Shown here piece after piece: positions 39,776 through 53,359 of a stretch of 64,000 nucleotides of DNA; the stretch's first letter is position 1; each line of letters opens with the position of its first letter. The translations under genes and the position numbers were made by a program. Below the pieces are notes generated by a model. That model was not told where the DNA came from and did not search any database. It worked only from the letters and a program-made list of their open reading frames with translations. The stretch is from assembly GCF_009914755.1 (NCBI RefSeq), contig NC_060926.1. One strand, 5' to 3'. The DNA is from the human T2T-CHM13v2.0 reference genome, Homo sapiens.

Positions 39776-42700
39776 AAAGCTGCTTACAACCCCTTTGAAA
39801 AATACCTCCTACACTGGTGGCTAAGTCATGACCTAGTTAAGGCTTGTTGGTTTCACCTGTGAGTTTACTTTTTGTAAAGTTCAAAAGCCAAAAATCTTAA
39901 CTGCTCGATGTGGCTAAAGTCAAGTAACAAGGGATTAAAAATATTTTTTTAAAGAGTGCTCAGCTTAATTAAAGATGTATATCCAAGTTATAGGTATTTT
40001 TAAAAGGATTTATTTTTTCTTCTTGGATCTTGTTTTTCTGGAAAAAGGTTATCTTTTTCTCTTTTCTTTTCAGTCGACTGAAGTCCATTTTTGTCCATTT
40101 TTTTGTCTTGCCACTCCTAACGCACACAAGAGAGTCCCTAAGATAACTTCTGGTAGCCTAGAACTCCTTGGGAAAAAAAAGGAGGTGCCACAGACCCCGT
40201 TTTGAGAAAAAAATCTCCATTTTCCTCATGAAATCCCAAGAATTAAAAGTGGATACATGTCTCTCAAAATCAAAGGCCCCATTCTGTTTTGCATTGTGTT
40301 CTCTGACAGCATTGAGTTTTGGGTGTATCAAATGACTTTGCATTGGGAGAGAGCTTTTGTGTGTAATAACCATGTAGGAAATATACTTTGAAGGATGGCT
40401 AATAGTGGTTTTGGAGGGATACTTAACCCTTTGCACATTAGAATCAGAGAAGCATGCTATTGGCCACCTGAAAGATACGAAAACATCCTCACCACCCATT
40501 AAGAGATGAGGAGACTCCCACGGGGGATGGGCCGGTTATAAAATGGTCTGATTGGCTTTGGTTTTCTTTGAAATCAAATGTATGGTAGAAGCACTCCACT
40601 GTCTTCTCCTATACTATCTTCCTCCTTTGAGGGATCCAAGATCCAGTATAAAATGGCACCCTTAATTTTGGGGATCTGTCTTTGTCTTCAGTTGTGCCTG
40701 CTTATTAGGCCCTAAAAATGCATGCTTTCCTGGCTCTCTTCCCCCAAGGACTCCACCCTGAAGTCAGTAATCCAATTAAGAAACTGACAAATAAAAAATC
40801 TTGCAACTGCTGAATCTTTTGCCTGTATGTGTATATATGTGTGTTGTGTGTAATGTCTAAAAAAGAGTTCTAATTCTTGGCATAAAGAAAAATAAGCTCT
40901 TAAATAAAATATTTTTAAAGAAAAGAATAAAAGCTGTAATGCCTTTTAGTTCACATCACTTTACTCTTTAAGACATAAAAATAGTCTTAAGGATTACTGG
41001 TAAAATACAAGTGTCTTCAAAATGTAAACAGGTGATATCATTTAAGTAAGATACTAGGTTTGCTTAGGGTGTCAAGGTTGTAAAGTGCCTGTTTCACAAC
41101 TTGGTAAGGCCTCAGGACTTATGAAATTAACCACTATGCTGAAAAAAGTTAGACTTTGTGCCTAGTACATAATCAAAACAATGCACCAGGTTTCACACTG
41201 AAGTTAAAAATTGCTAAAAGTTACCATCATAACATGTAATTTAAACTACTAAAAATAAATTTACATGCAAAGTGTGTAAAATCAGTGGAATGTATTTTCT
41301 AGTAAAAGATTATGGGAAGGCATGGAAATGTAAAATTGTGCCTAGTCATAAATTATTGTCTTAAATTAGATAAGAAAGCTGAAGGTTTAAGCAAGTTATA
41401 TAAAGATTGTAAAAATTAATCTGGCAAAAATCCCATGTGTAAACATTAACTAAATTCAAAAGAGTATTATATGGTCTTTTCATGAATAGAGCTTTGAAAT
41501 AAAAGCACAACAAGATTGTCTTAAAATGCAAACCTGCTCTTCAACAAAACAGTTATAAAAGGTTTGTAAAGATTTCACCTCATGGTCAAATTGGTTAAAA
41601 TTGAATGGAATTGTCTATAAGGTTTCATTAAAAAACTTGGGGTTAACATTAATAAACTAATGCAAGGGTAAAATTTCTCTTTGAGCAGAATTTTCATGTA
41701 CTAGTAAAGACTAATAAAGAGTTTTTGACTTTTGGGTCATCGTTTTGGCAAAATAAATAATTTATGGTAATCTGGAATTCTATTTCATAACATCAAGTAT
41801 TTTAAACTGCTAACATTTAACAGACTTCTCAAAATCGAACTTCAAGTTTCAAAATTGTCTTTCCTAATGCCTGGCTTTCTGGAGGGTTCAGATGGCCCTT
41901 GAAACATCCACAGGATTATTTGACATGTTTAGTCATGTGGGATTGTCAAAATGATGTTCAATCTTCTTTAATTTATATTTTGGTAAATAATACTAACATG
42001 TTCCAAAATTGTATGGTATTTCTAAAATTCTAATGCCTGGGTATATGCTATCTGTCATAATTAAGGTTGTTATGTGAAGTTATTGTAAACCACAAAGATA
42101 ACAAAACTTCTTTATCAGTCATGTTTTTAATTGTAACTACCCTAGAAATTTTGTCATTCACAGACAATTGTTGTCTTGCTTTGTTCTTTCTCAAATAATG
42201 GTTTATAATCAAGCTATAGAAACTTAACTTGTGTTCTCAAATGCAAGGTTCTAATAGTTTAGATGATTGTCACTTTGTAATAGAAAAAAATGTACAAGAC
42301 TCATGAAGAGCTAAAGTGTTCATAAATATCAAGCAAAACGAGAGTTTTGACTAAAATCAGACAGCTAAACAACCTTCTTGACTTGCTTGAAATATTGCTG
42401 ATCCTTGTTTTGTTTTTCAGAGTCAAGGAAACTACTTTGAACTATTTAGGTCTTTAATAATTGAGTAGGGTATACTCCTGTGAACAAAGTTTGGAGCATC
42501 TTTGTTTCTCTATGCCAGGTTCCTCTAGAATTTGGAAACTGTGAGTATTCTTAACATGTGGCAATATAGTTATTTGCATCAGTGTAATAAGAATCTATTT
42601 TTCTTTTGCAGAAGGATGTAACTGGAAAAAAAACTTGTTGTTTTACCAAGATCTTGACTCAAAGAGTATGTTTCCCTTTAAAGAATAAAGCTTGACTTGC

Positions 42701-43984
42701 AGAGCCAATAAAAGCCCCTTGGGGAAGACTGGCCTCATACCTTATCTACACAGTCCCCTTACAGGGTTCCTGACCTGTGTTCAGTAAAGAATATCACTTT
42801 CTAACAGGTCCAGGAGCTCCAAGTTTATTTTGGGAACTTAAGAGAAAAGGATCAAACAACTCACAGGTATTTGAGGATATAAACCCATGGCTTGGCTCGG
42901 CTTTAAAAATTCTTATATAAAATTCCATGTGAAACAGAGTTCCATCAAAGCCAATCCAAAAGGCCTATGTAGAAATAATTATTCTTGCTGCACTTTATGC
43001 AAATAATCAGGCCAAGTGTAAAACTAAAGTTTATTCTACAAACAACAGAGTCCTATCATAACTTGTTTTTACCAAAAATGAGGACTGGAAAAATAAATGT
43101 GCTCCAAAGCTTATTATATATTTGTCACTAAATTCTAGTCTCATTTGTTGTTTTTAAATTTTTTTGCCTTCATTTTAGACTGACATTGCTGATTCCTGTG
43201 AATCAAGTAATGATCTCCTGCAGCTCAGAAGAAACAAACTGGGATAGGTAAAGTAAAAATCTGAATCAATATGCTAGTTCTGGGCAATTATCCTGCAAAT
43301 GCTGTGAGGTAATGAAAGTGAGTATGGTGCCCATAACTTGGAGGTTTCATTGTTTGGGAAAGTAAAACCAAGGAACTTCATAGACCTCCAAATGAAAATT
43401 CTATATCTTGGCAAGTAAAATTTTAGATGAAAATAATCTATTATGTCACTTTTGCAAGAATTGCTATACTCTATGATTTGCAGTAAAGCTATGCATGGTA
43501 GCCCCTTCTAACTGAAATATTGGGCAGAGTTTCCATTGCTGTAGTATTTTGCTTAATTATTATTCTTTTAGCAGGGATAATAATTACCAATAAAAAGGAA
43601 GCATGAAAATTTTACTATCACTGAGTCTGCTAAGACTTTTTATTGGGTTTGATAATATGTTGCTTCTCAGCTATGCAAGGAAGGTTATAAAGAAAAGAAA
43701 TTGTATGTAAGAAAGGATCTTCTATGGTAAATTCTTGTCCTAAAAAAATTAAATGGTTGTTTAAAAATAGTGATGTATAGGACAAGTCAGAAAGTTTAAG
43801 CATGTCATAGATGGTCTGTGAAAGTCATGAAAGGATTAATAATTGCAGGAAAAATTTAGCCAAGATTAACACTAAAGTTAGTCTAGCCACCCAATCCAAT
43901 GTCACTTATCCTAAAAACAATGTTTCTTTTATATACACATTTCAACAGAATCTGGTGGAGGCAAACCAGTATTACAACCCATCA

Positions 43985-44085
43985 GAATGGCTGACAGCAA
44001 TCAAACTCCAAATGGTACTGCAGACAGAACCATGCATGGACATGCCTTTCTTCTGAGGACCCTTAGATCTACCCCAGGAGGACGC
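43985..44085 (+). pseudogene. env: env cytoplasmic-tail remnant
   Basis: WLTAIKLQMVLQTEPCMDMPFF*GPLDLP resembles the HERV9/HERV-W type Env tail (AIKLQMVLQMEP...GPLDRP), upstream of the PPT gagggagaag. Confidence 0.7.
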
Positions 44086-44194
44086 CTAGCTGCTGTTCCA
44101 CATATGACTCCCCTTTTCAGCAGGAAGTGGCCAGAAAGAGTCATAGTCCAACATCCCCTAACAGCAGTTAGGATTACCACTCCTGAGGGAGAAG

Positions 44195-44820
44195 TTATAT
44201 AGAATTTAAAAAGAAATTATTTAGGCAGATAGTGAGGGTAAGGAAGTCCTCAGTAAGGCTTTTATTTTCATAAAAAGGAGGCCCCAAACCATTTCTTTTC
44301 TAACAGAAAGCAGCCTGAAAAGTCAAGCTGCAAGCATAGGTAAGGAAGCTGGAAGCTTGCATAGATGAATGCCGACAGCTATACGAAAAGCTCCAGGTAC
44401 ACCCAACATGGTGACTTCCCCTCCTTTCTCTTTGCTAGCCACATGTACAGTAAGGAGCAGACAAGATGGTGCTGGCCAAGTGGAAAGCCTCTTTGCATAA
44501 TAAGATTAGGATGGGGCAACCCGCCTTACCTGCGTACTATGTAAATATCACACCTCGTCAAACCAATCTGTGGGCCTTATGTAAATCAGACACCACCTCC
44601 TAAAGCCTGGCTATAAAATACGCCATGGTCCACCACAGGCCAACTTTTTCCTTTCAGATGGCTCTCTCTTGCCAGAGAGAGAGAGCTGCTCACCTCTCTC
44701 CTTTCTTCTGCCTATTAATCTTTTTGGTCCTTAACCCACCCACATGTGTCCGTGTCCTTAATCATCATGGCATGAGACAATAAACCCTGGGTATTTGCCC
44801 CAGACAAAAATGCCACTTCA
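44195..44820 (+). mobile_element. Proviral 3' LTR
   Basis: Follows the PPT; CCAAT at 44563, TATAAAA at 44612; ends gccacttca. Confidence 0.93.
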
Positions 44821-45050
44821 CTGTCACACAAAAAAATCTCCCATATGCAATATTTCTCTTTATTCTTTTTTATGGAGACATTGTTGGTCTTCAACAAAGA
44901 TAGTTGAGTTATAATGGAAGGTGCCAGTATCTCTGAGTCACTTCTTGTAGCAATCCTGCCTACAAGGAACATTGGATTTTCATTAATTCGTACTAAACTG
45001 TTTATGTGTCATTAAACTGTGGTTTTGGCACTATTTGTTGATACAGATAG

Positions 45051-45667
45051 CAAGAGTGGCAGGAGGCAGACAAATGCCTAGGCAGATAGGGGTGGGTCCC
45101 TGGTGAAACCCCACCTCCAGATCAAAGAAATTTAAACATGACAGCCAAACTATAAGTTAAATCCTTGGCAGACTGTGAACTTGTCTTCCCATTTGGTGGG
45201 CTTTCCTCTGCTTAATCCCCACCCTTCACCAACTTTATATATACCTACCCTTTCCTAAATGGTTTTCTACACTGTTGTGCCCACCTTTTAGTGGTGTCTT
45301 CACTTTAAACTTTTTTGCATACTCACAAACCAATCAGCATGCACTCCCCATTCTGAGTCCATAAAAGACCTGGACCCAGCCACATGGGGGACTTTTCAGC
45401 CTTCTGGTAGGGGGACAACCCCCACATCCCCTCTCTGCTGAAAGCTGTTTCATCACTCAATAAAGTTCTTCTCTGCCCTCCTCACCCTTCAATGTCCAAT
45501 GTATCCTCATTCTTCTTGGGTGCAGTACAAGAGCTCAGAAACCACTGAACGTGGGTACAGTCTATAACACAGGTGAGCTGGGGCACACCAGCATGGCCTG
45601 GGGCCTGGGCATTGCTGGCCAGAGGTCCCCGGCTTGCAAAATGATGGAGAAGAAAAATCCTACATCA
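45051..45667 (+). mobile_element. Solo ERV1 LTR (LTR29/MER61-like)
   Basis: ggcaggaggcagacaaatgcctaggcagataggggtgggtccctggtgaaaccccacc...gagaagaaaaatcctacatca; TSD atag/gtag. Confidence 0.78.
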
Positions 45668-45714
45668 GTAGCATTTTTACTAAAATCCAGCTTTATTTTA
45701 ACAATTTTCTAAGT

Positions 45715-45947
45715 CAAGCTTGTCAACCCATGGCATGTGGGCTGTATGCACCTCAGGATGGCTTTGAGTGCAGCCCAACACAAAATCATAAACTTTCTTA
45801 AAACATCATGAGTTTTGTTGTTGTTGTTGTTCTCGTTGTTGTTGTTAGCTCATCAGCTATTGTTAGTGTTAGTGTATTTTACATGTGACCCAAGACAATT
45901 CTTATTCTTCTAGTGTGGCTTAGGGAAGCCAAGATTGGACAACCCTG
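45715..45947 (-). mobile_element. MER30 hAT-Charlie MITE
   Basis: caagcttgtcaaccc...agctcatcagctattgttagtgttagtg...gattggacaaccctg; 8-bp TSD ttctaagt/gtctaagt. Confidence 0.9.
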
Positions 45948-46242
45948 GTCTAAGTGCACTGAAGCAAATAAAAACTTCAAAAACTTCAGCCTCTCCCTAA
46001 GTTGTCTAATCCCTATGTGTGTGTTTTTATGCTTGTTGGTACCCTACAGATTGCTGAGGCAGTATTTAATTTTTCTCTTTCTTTTTCTTTTGTGTTGTTC
46101 AAAGTGTATAATTTCAACTGTTCTGATTTCCACAAGTTCACTGATTCTTTCTTCTACTAGCCCAAATCTGCTAATGAGCCTCTCTAATAAATATTTTATT
46201 TTATTTATTAGATGAGTCAACTACAGTATTTCTATTTGGATG

Positions 46243-46342
46243 TTTTTTTTTTTTTTTTTTTTTTGAGACGGAGTCTCTCTCTGTCGCCCAGGCCGGACTG
46301 CGGACTGCAGTGGCGCAATCTCGGCTCACTGCAAGCTCCACT
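46243..46342 (-). mobile_element. 5'-truncated AluYb8-lineage element (human-specific)
   Basis: Diagnostic 7-bp duplication ggccggactgcggactgcagtggc; pure T tail; TSD tggatgttttt at 46237 and 46342; TT/AAAA target. Confidence 0.95.
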
Positions 46343-46485
46343 GGATGTTTTTAATGACTTCTATATTTTTATATGTTCTATTTGGTGGGGCATCATACTT
46401 CTACTTTCCTTTTGATCTTCAGACATACTTTCCTTTATTTCTTTGATGCATTTATAACTGTTGATTTAAAATAATTTTCTTGTAA

Positions 46486-46620
46486 GCAGGGCCATGGTGA
46501 CATGTGCCTGTGTTCACGCCTACTCGTGAGGTCACAGCAGGATTGCTTGATCCCAGGAGTTCAACATTAGCCTGGGCAACATAGCAAGACCCTGTCTCAA
46601 AAACAAAACAAAATAAAATA
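46486..46620 (+). mobile_element. FLAM/Alu monomer
   Basis: ggattgcttgatcccaggagttcaacattagcctgggcaacatagcaagaccctgtctc plus (CAAAA)n. Confidence 0.85.
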
Positions 46621-47973
46621 CTTGTCTTGGAAGTCCAATATCTATACTTCTTTAGGGAAAGTTTCTATTGACATTTCCACCCTCCCCCCCCCCCCACATA
46701 TTGACCATACATTCTTTTTTTCTTTATATGTCTCATCATTTTTTTTGAGAATTAAAAATTTTACAACAGTGTGATAACTGTGGAAACCAGATTCTCCCAC
46801 TCTCTAGGTTTCTTCTCATTACTATTATTGTTTTTTCTTTTGCTGCTGCTACATGTTGGTTGAATTCCCTGAACTACTTTTTAAATGTCTGTATGCTTTG
46901 TCATGTGTACTCACTAAAGTCTCTACTCGATTTCGCTAATGTGATCATCTAATAATTAAAGAGAGATTTTTCAAAAATGCATTGGACAAATAAGTCTCCC
47001 AGATTTGAGATGGGTTTTAGGTGTGTATTATGACATGCTTTCAATATGTAGACAGGCAGTTTACTTCTCTTCTTAGCCTTCACTTAATGTTTGTGCAGTC
47101 TAAAAATCAATCAGAGATGAGAGATAAGGGCCTTCTCAGGTACACACATGCCTCACAGATGTTGCAGGTTAAATTCAAGACCACTGTAATAAAGAGAGTA
47201 TCTTAATAAAGTGAAGTACACATAATTTTTGGTTTCCTGGTGCATATAAAAGTAATATTTACACTATACTGTAGTCTATTAAGTATGCAATAACATTACA
47301 TCTAAAAAACATACATACTTTAAATAAGACTATTGCTCCAAAATGCTAATGATCATCTAAACCTTCAGTGAGTCATAATCTTTCTGATAGTGGAGGGTGT
47401 TGCCTCAGTGTTGATGGCTGCTGACTGATCAAGGTGGTGGCTGCTAAAGGTTGGGGTGGCTGGCACAATTTCTTAAAATAAGACAATGAAGTTTGCCTCT
47501 TAGATTGACTCTTTCTTTCATGAAAGATTTTTCTGTATTATGCAAAGCTGCTTTATATCATTTTACCCACAGTAGAATTTCTTTCAAAATTGGAGTCAAT
47601 CCTCTCAAACATTGCCACTGCTTAATCAACTAAGTTTATGTAATATTGTAAATCCTTTGTTGTCATTTCAGCAATGTTTACAGCATCTTTACCAGAAGTA
47701 GTTTCCTATCTCCAGAAATCACTTTCTTTGCTCATCTATATGAAGCAACTCCCCATCCATTTAAGTTCTATCATGAGATTGCAATAATTCAGCCACATCT
47801 TCAAGCTGAACTTCTAATTATATTTGCCTTGCTATTTCTACTTCATCTGGATTTACTTTTTCTCCTGAAGTCTTGAACTACTCAAAGTCATCCATGAAGG
47901 TTAAAATCAACTTCTTACAAGGGTCTTTTAACATTGATATTTTAACCTCCTCCTATGAATTATGAATGCTCTT

Positions 47974-48636
<663 letters not shown>

Positions 48637-48965
48637 TAGTGGAATCTAGAATGATCATTCCTTTCCAGAAGGCTTTCAATTTAATTTACCCAGATTAATC
48701 AGAGGTATCATAACCTGTGGCATCTACAGCCTTATAAATTGTATTTCTTAAATAATAAGACTTGAAAGTTGAATCTACTCCTTGATCTATGGACTGCAGA
48801 ATGTGTGTTATATTAGCAGGTGTTTATGTTTTTATGCAACATATTTCTATACATTAATCTTTTTATACATCATCATCACTCTTCAGGGACCAGGAGCATT
48901 GCCAATGAGCCATAATATTTTAAAAGAAGTCTATTTTTCTGAGCAGTAGGTCTCAACAATGAAAC

Positions 48966-49076
48966 TAAAATATAAAATATAATATAATAATATATTATAT
49001 TTTAATATAATATATTATAATAATTATAATTATATTATAATTATAAAATATATTATAATAATATAAAATTAAAATA
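48966..49076. repeat. 111-bp pure A/T quasi-palindromic tract inside Tigger2
   Basis: No G or C; contains self-complementary ataatatattat and ataattataattat. Confidence 0.9.
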
Positions 49077-50956
49077 CTCAGTAAACCATGCTCTAAAAAT
49101 ATGTGCTGTAAAATATGTGTAAATATGGGCTTTGTTGTTTCATTCATAGAGCACAGGCAGAGTCAAGTTAGCATAATTCTTAAGGGCCTTAGGATTTTGA
49201 AGGATAAATGAGCACTGGCTTCAACTTAAAATCACCAGCTGTGTTAGCCACTAATAAGAGAGTCAGTCTTTCCACATTGCCTTCTCCATCTGGAAAGTTT
49301 TAGATGGCATCTTCTAATAGAAGGCTGTTTCATCTACATTAAACAACTGCTGTTTATTGTAGCCAGCTTCACCAATCACCTTAGCTAGATCTTCTGGATA
49401 AATTGCTGCAGCTTTTACAACAGCACTTAGTGTCTTCACTTTGCAATTCTGTTACAGAGACAGCTTATTTCCTTAAGCCTTATGAACCAACCTCTGACAG
49501 CTTCAAACTTTTCTCCTGAAGCTTCCTCACCTTTCTTAACCTTCATAGAATTGGAGAGAGAGTTAGGGCCTTGCTCTGGATTAGGCTTTGGCTTCAGTGA
49601 ACATTGTGGCTGGTTTAATCTTCAATGGAGATTAGTAAAGCTTTCTCCATATCAGCAATAAGTCTGTTTTATTTTTTTATCATTGGTGTATTCACTGAAG
49701 TAGCACCTTTACTTTCCTTTGAGAACTTTTCCTTGACATTCACAAGTTGACTCTTTGGTCCCAGAGGCCTAGCCTTCGACCTGCCTTTGGTTTTGACATG
49801 CCTGCTTCACTAAGCTTAATCATTTCTGGCTTTTGATTTAAAGTGAGAAACATGTGACTCTTCCTTTCACTTGAGCAGTTAGAGGTCACTGTAGGGTTAT
49901 TAACTGGGCTAATTTCAGTATAGTTATGTCTCAGGGAGTAGGCAGACCTAAGAAGAGGGAGGTGAGAGAATGGTGGAGCAATCAGAACACACATTTGTTA
50001 ATTAAGTTAGTCATCTTGTATGGGCCTGATTTGTGGTGTCCTTAAACAATTACAATAGAAATGTCAAAGATCCCTGAACACAAATTCCCACAACAGATAT
50101 AATAATAATGGTGAAAATTTTGAAATATTATGATAATTTCCAAAATGTAACACAGAGACACAATGTGAGTGTATGCTGTTGAAATAATGGTATTCATAGA
50201 TTTGGTCAATAAAGGGTTGCCACAAATCTCTAATTTAAAAAATACAGAATCTGTGAAGTGCAACAATGTGAGGCACAGTAAAATGAGGTGTGTGTATATT
50301 TCCTGGACATGTGTACAGTACACGCATGTGCGTAGTCTTCTTGGTTCCCAGAAATACATCGGCTTTTCGATGTCTTCTATAGCTATCTATACTCTAGCTT
50401 TTCCATTTAACTGTTTTGTTCACCTTGTTTGTGCCCCACCTGTCACTGCTGCCTCAGCCATCTGCTATGTTGAACAACTGCATTGAGTGTTTTTACCAAA
50501 GGCCCCTGGAAAAGCTCATTCATAATAGGTGGTCTGAAAGGCTTTGGGAGAAGCTCCAACACCATTCGGCCCCCTTTACTGGCTGCTAGACTGCTGATAT
50601 TTACTAGGTAAATTTACTGTGTAAGCATTGATTTTCCATGCTTCTATAAAGCTGGTGAGAGGGGGATGGTAAAAGTGCAAGTTAAAGTTCAGTGAAGTTC
50701 ATTGCTCTTATAAATATTCAAATATTCAGCTGTTTTTTAAATAAGTGCGCCCCCTGATTGTTGCAAACTTTGGATTAATTTCCACACTTCTGAGAAATTT
50801 TTTTTTTTGAAATTTTTGCCGTTTTCTTCATTGCTTTTATGGAAGAGAGGATTTTCAGAGATTCTTACTCCAACATTTATCCTGATATCACTTGTATTTC
50901 TTGATATTTTAATAATCTCAATGATCCTGATACATCAACAAAAATATTGAATCTAA

Positions 50957-51274
50957 TTTTTTTCAACTTTTATTTTAAGTTCCAGGGTACATGCGCAGGA
51001 TGTGCAGGTTTGTTACATGGGTAAATTTGTGTTATGGTGGTTTGCTGCACAGATCAACTCATCATCTACGTATTAAGCCCAGCGTCCATTAGCTATTCTT
51101 CCTGATGCTCTGCCTACCCCTCTCCTCCTGACAGGCCCCAGTGTGTTTTGTTCGCCTTCATGTGTCCATGTGTTTGTGTTGCTCAGCTCCCACTTATAAG
51201 TGAGAACATGTGGTGTTTAGTTTTCTGTTCCTGCGTTAGTTTGCTGAGGATAACGGCTTTCAGATCCATCCATG
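50957..51274 (-). mobile_element. L1PA8-10-like 3' end (5'-truncated)
   Basis: aacttttattttaagttccagggtacatgcgcaggatgtgcagg...; TSD gaatcta(a)ttttt at 50949 and 51275. Confidence 0.9.
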
Positions 51275-51519
51275 GAATCTATTTTTAAAACAGGAACACT
51301 TGCACAAATTTTTAATCTTTCAAATACAACTGATATTGTTGAAAGAGTTTATTGAAAGAGTCAGATGAAAAACAAATATGTAATAGATCTAGCCATAAGA
51401 TTTTGCTTACTAAAATAAACGAAATCTCTGCCATTTGTTAAACAATGACTATGAACCATGAATAGTCATTCTATTCATCTTCATTTATGAATTCATCATG
51501 TTCTCACAAAAGCCAAACA

Positions 51520-51660
51520 AATAATTGCCATTATTTACCTAGTTTTGTAGATGAGAAAACTGAGGCAAAGGTTGGTAACTACCACAACAGAGCTTAGAGA
51601 GCAAGCAGTTGAGCCAGGATTTCAACCCATGTCATCTGTCTCTGAAGACTATGCTCTTAT
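51520..51660 (-). mobile_element. MIR
   Basis: ttttgtagatgagaaaactgaggcaaag...gagccaggatttcaacccatgtc. Confidence 0.8.
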
Positions 51661-52756
51661 TCAATACCTACTTATAATGTAGTAGCTTCATTGATATGCT
51701 ATGTTATGAAGACATTTTAGAATTTTCTTATACAATATTAAAACTGAAATTGCTAAGCACACTGGCTTTTAAAAGAGGTTTGAAAATGTTTCTTCATTTT
51801 CCTATGAAGTGCCTAGCAATCATTTGAATTTTGTACCTCTTTGAAGATTGTATCCCTCCCTTTCTATTTTTTTTAAATATATTTTAAGATGTTGTCTTTA
51901 TTATTAATGTCCTGAAATTTTATTAATATAGCACTAGGTGTGAAACCTTTACTCATTTCTGCTCACCATTTGACAGGTCATTTCCTCAGGTCTGGGGAAT
52001 TTTCTGTTAGTAGTTATTTTAAAATTATCTCTCTATTCTCTTCCATAATGTGACTCCTATTATATAGCAGTTAGAACTTCTTAATCTATCTTTATTATTT
52101 AATTTTTTCATATCATCTGATTCTTATATTCACTTATCATTGTAATGAGTTTGTTGAAAAATCATCATAATGATTTATTCAAGAAGTCTGTGTAACAGCT
52201 TTCATCCTCTGCTCATCTGTATTGTATGTGTAATTATCTGTTTGTTCATTCATTTGCTTCAAAGAGTGACCTACATTCCCAAGCTCTTAATTTAGTTGAT
52301 ATCCATAACCCAATGGAAGTCAACCATGCTCTTGCCTTAATTATGTGATATCCTGTTTTCTAATTTTGAATTTAAGCATTATATTTAATTTTAAAAATTA
52401 TCATGATTACTCCATTCTATTTAATCAGGTTTCAGTGTTTTCAATAATTGAGTTCATTGGCTTTTTTCATGATGTTACTTTCCCCATTTATTTGATTTTA
52501 TGCAGTCAGTTTCATATTGCAATTCTTCTTTGACATTGCTATTTCTGTTTGGGAATCCAGCTTCTGAGAAGAGGCAGAAGTCATTGTACTGTAATTTTTT
52601 GCTGCACTATTGATAGCAAAAGCAGGAAATGAGCAGAATCTGCCTTTTTGTGTGATATAATGGGTAGTTTTCTGAGGGTAGTGCTGTTTTTCTCTTAGAT
52701 TTTTCTTTGTCTGTAATGAAACTGACATTTGTGTTTTAAAAGTAGAGGTCATTTAT

Positions 52757-53356
52757 TGTTGGGAGACAATTCTCCATGAATCTCTCACTTTCTACACCTC
52801 TAAGCATTAACAACTCATTTGCTCCATGACTATCTTTTCAGGAATGTTTGTATAAGCAGACATCCCTGTAAAAATGGATAAATAACTCCCTCTGGAGAAA
52901 ATTAATTTACATTCCTAGGCAGTACTCTGACATACTCTGCACCTGATACATCCCAGGGCAATAAAGATAGAAAAACCACTTGTCCCTCCTTGGGGAGATT
53001 TGCTTACAACTCAGGGTCTCAGAGAATCATAATGTCTTTCTCCAGAGAGGGAAATTCCCATGTTTGCCAGCAACCCTGGTAAGAGACCAGTTTCTCTGTT
53101 TCTGATTTCCTCTTCTTTAAATATTTCTACTGTATATGCAGTCAACACTTGACACTCATTGAGCCACCTTCTGGGAATTGGGGCTAAGGAAATGAGCACC
53201 AATATGTTACTATTTCTGTAATTATTACCAATATCTATTTGAACCCAATGTCTTACCAGCTGAACAATGAGAGTGTGGCAAGCCAAAGTAATAGTTTCCA
53301 CCTTGCTGATGCTTATGAGCTGCTTAACCCCTTTATTTTGTAGTATCTCCTCTACA
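52757..53356 (+). mobile_element. Old ERV1 LTR (MER89/MER92/MER110-like)
   Basis: Starts tgttgggagacaattctccatg...gactatcttttcaggaatgtttgtata; ends ctctaca. Confidence 0.65.
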
Positions 53357-53359
53357 ATC

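Larger units (their letters stand above)
35909..44820 (+). mobile_element. Two-LTR MER4-group ERV1 provirus (MER83/MER84/LTR43-like LTRs), non-autonomous
   Basis: Homologous LTRs 35909-36566 and 44195-44820; perfect 4-bp TSD ctgt (35905-35908, 44821-44824); PBS, gag remnant, env tail, PPT; no pol recognisable. Confidence 0.93.
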
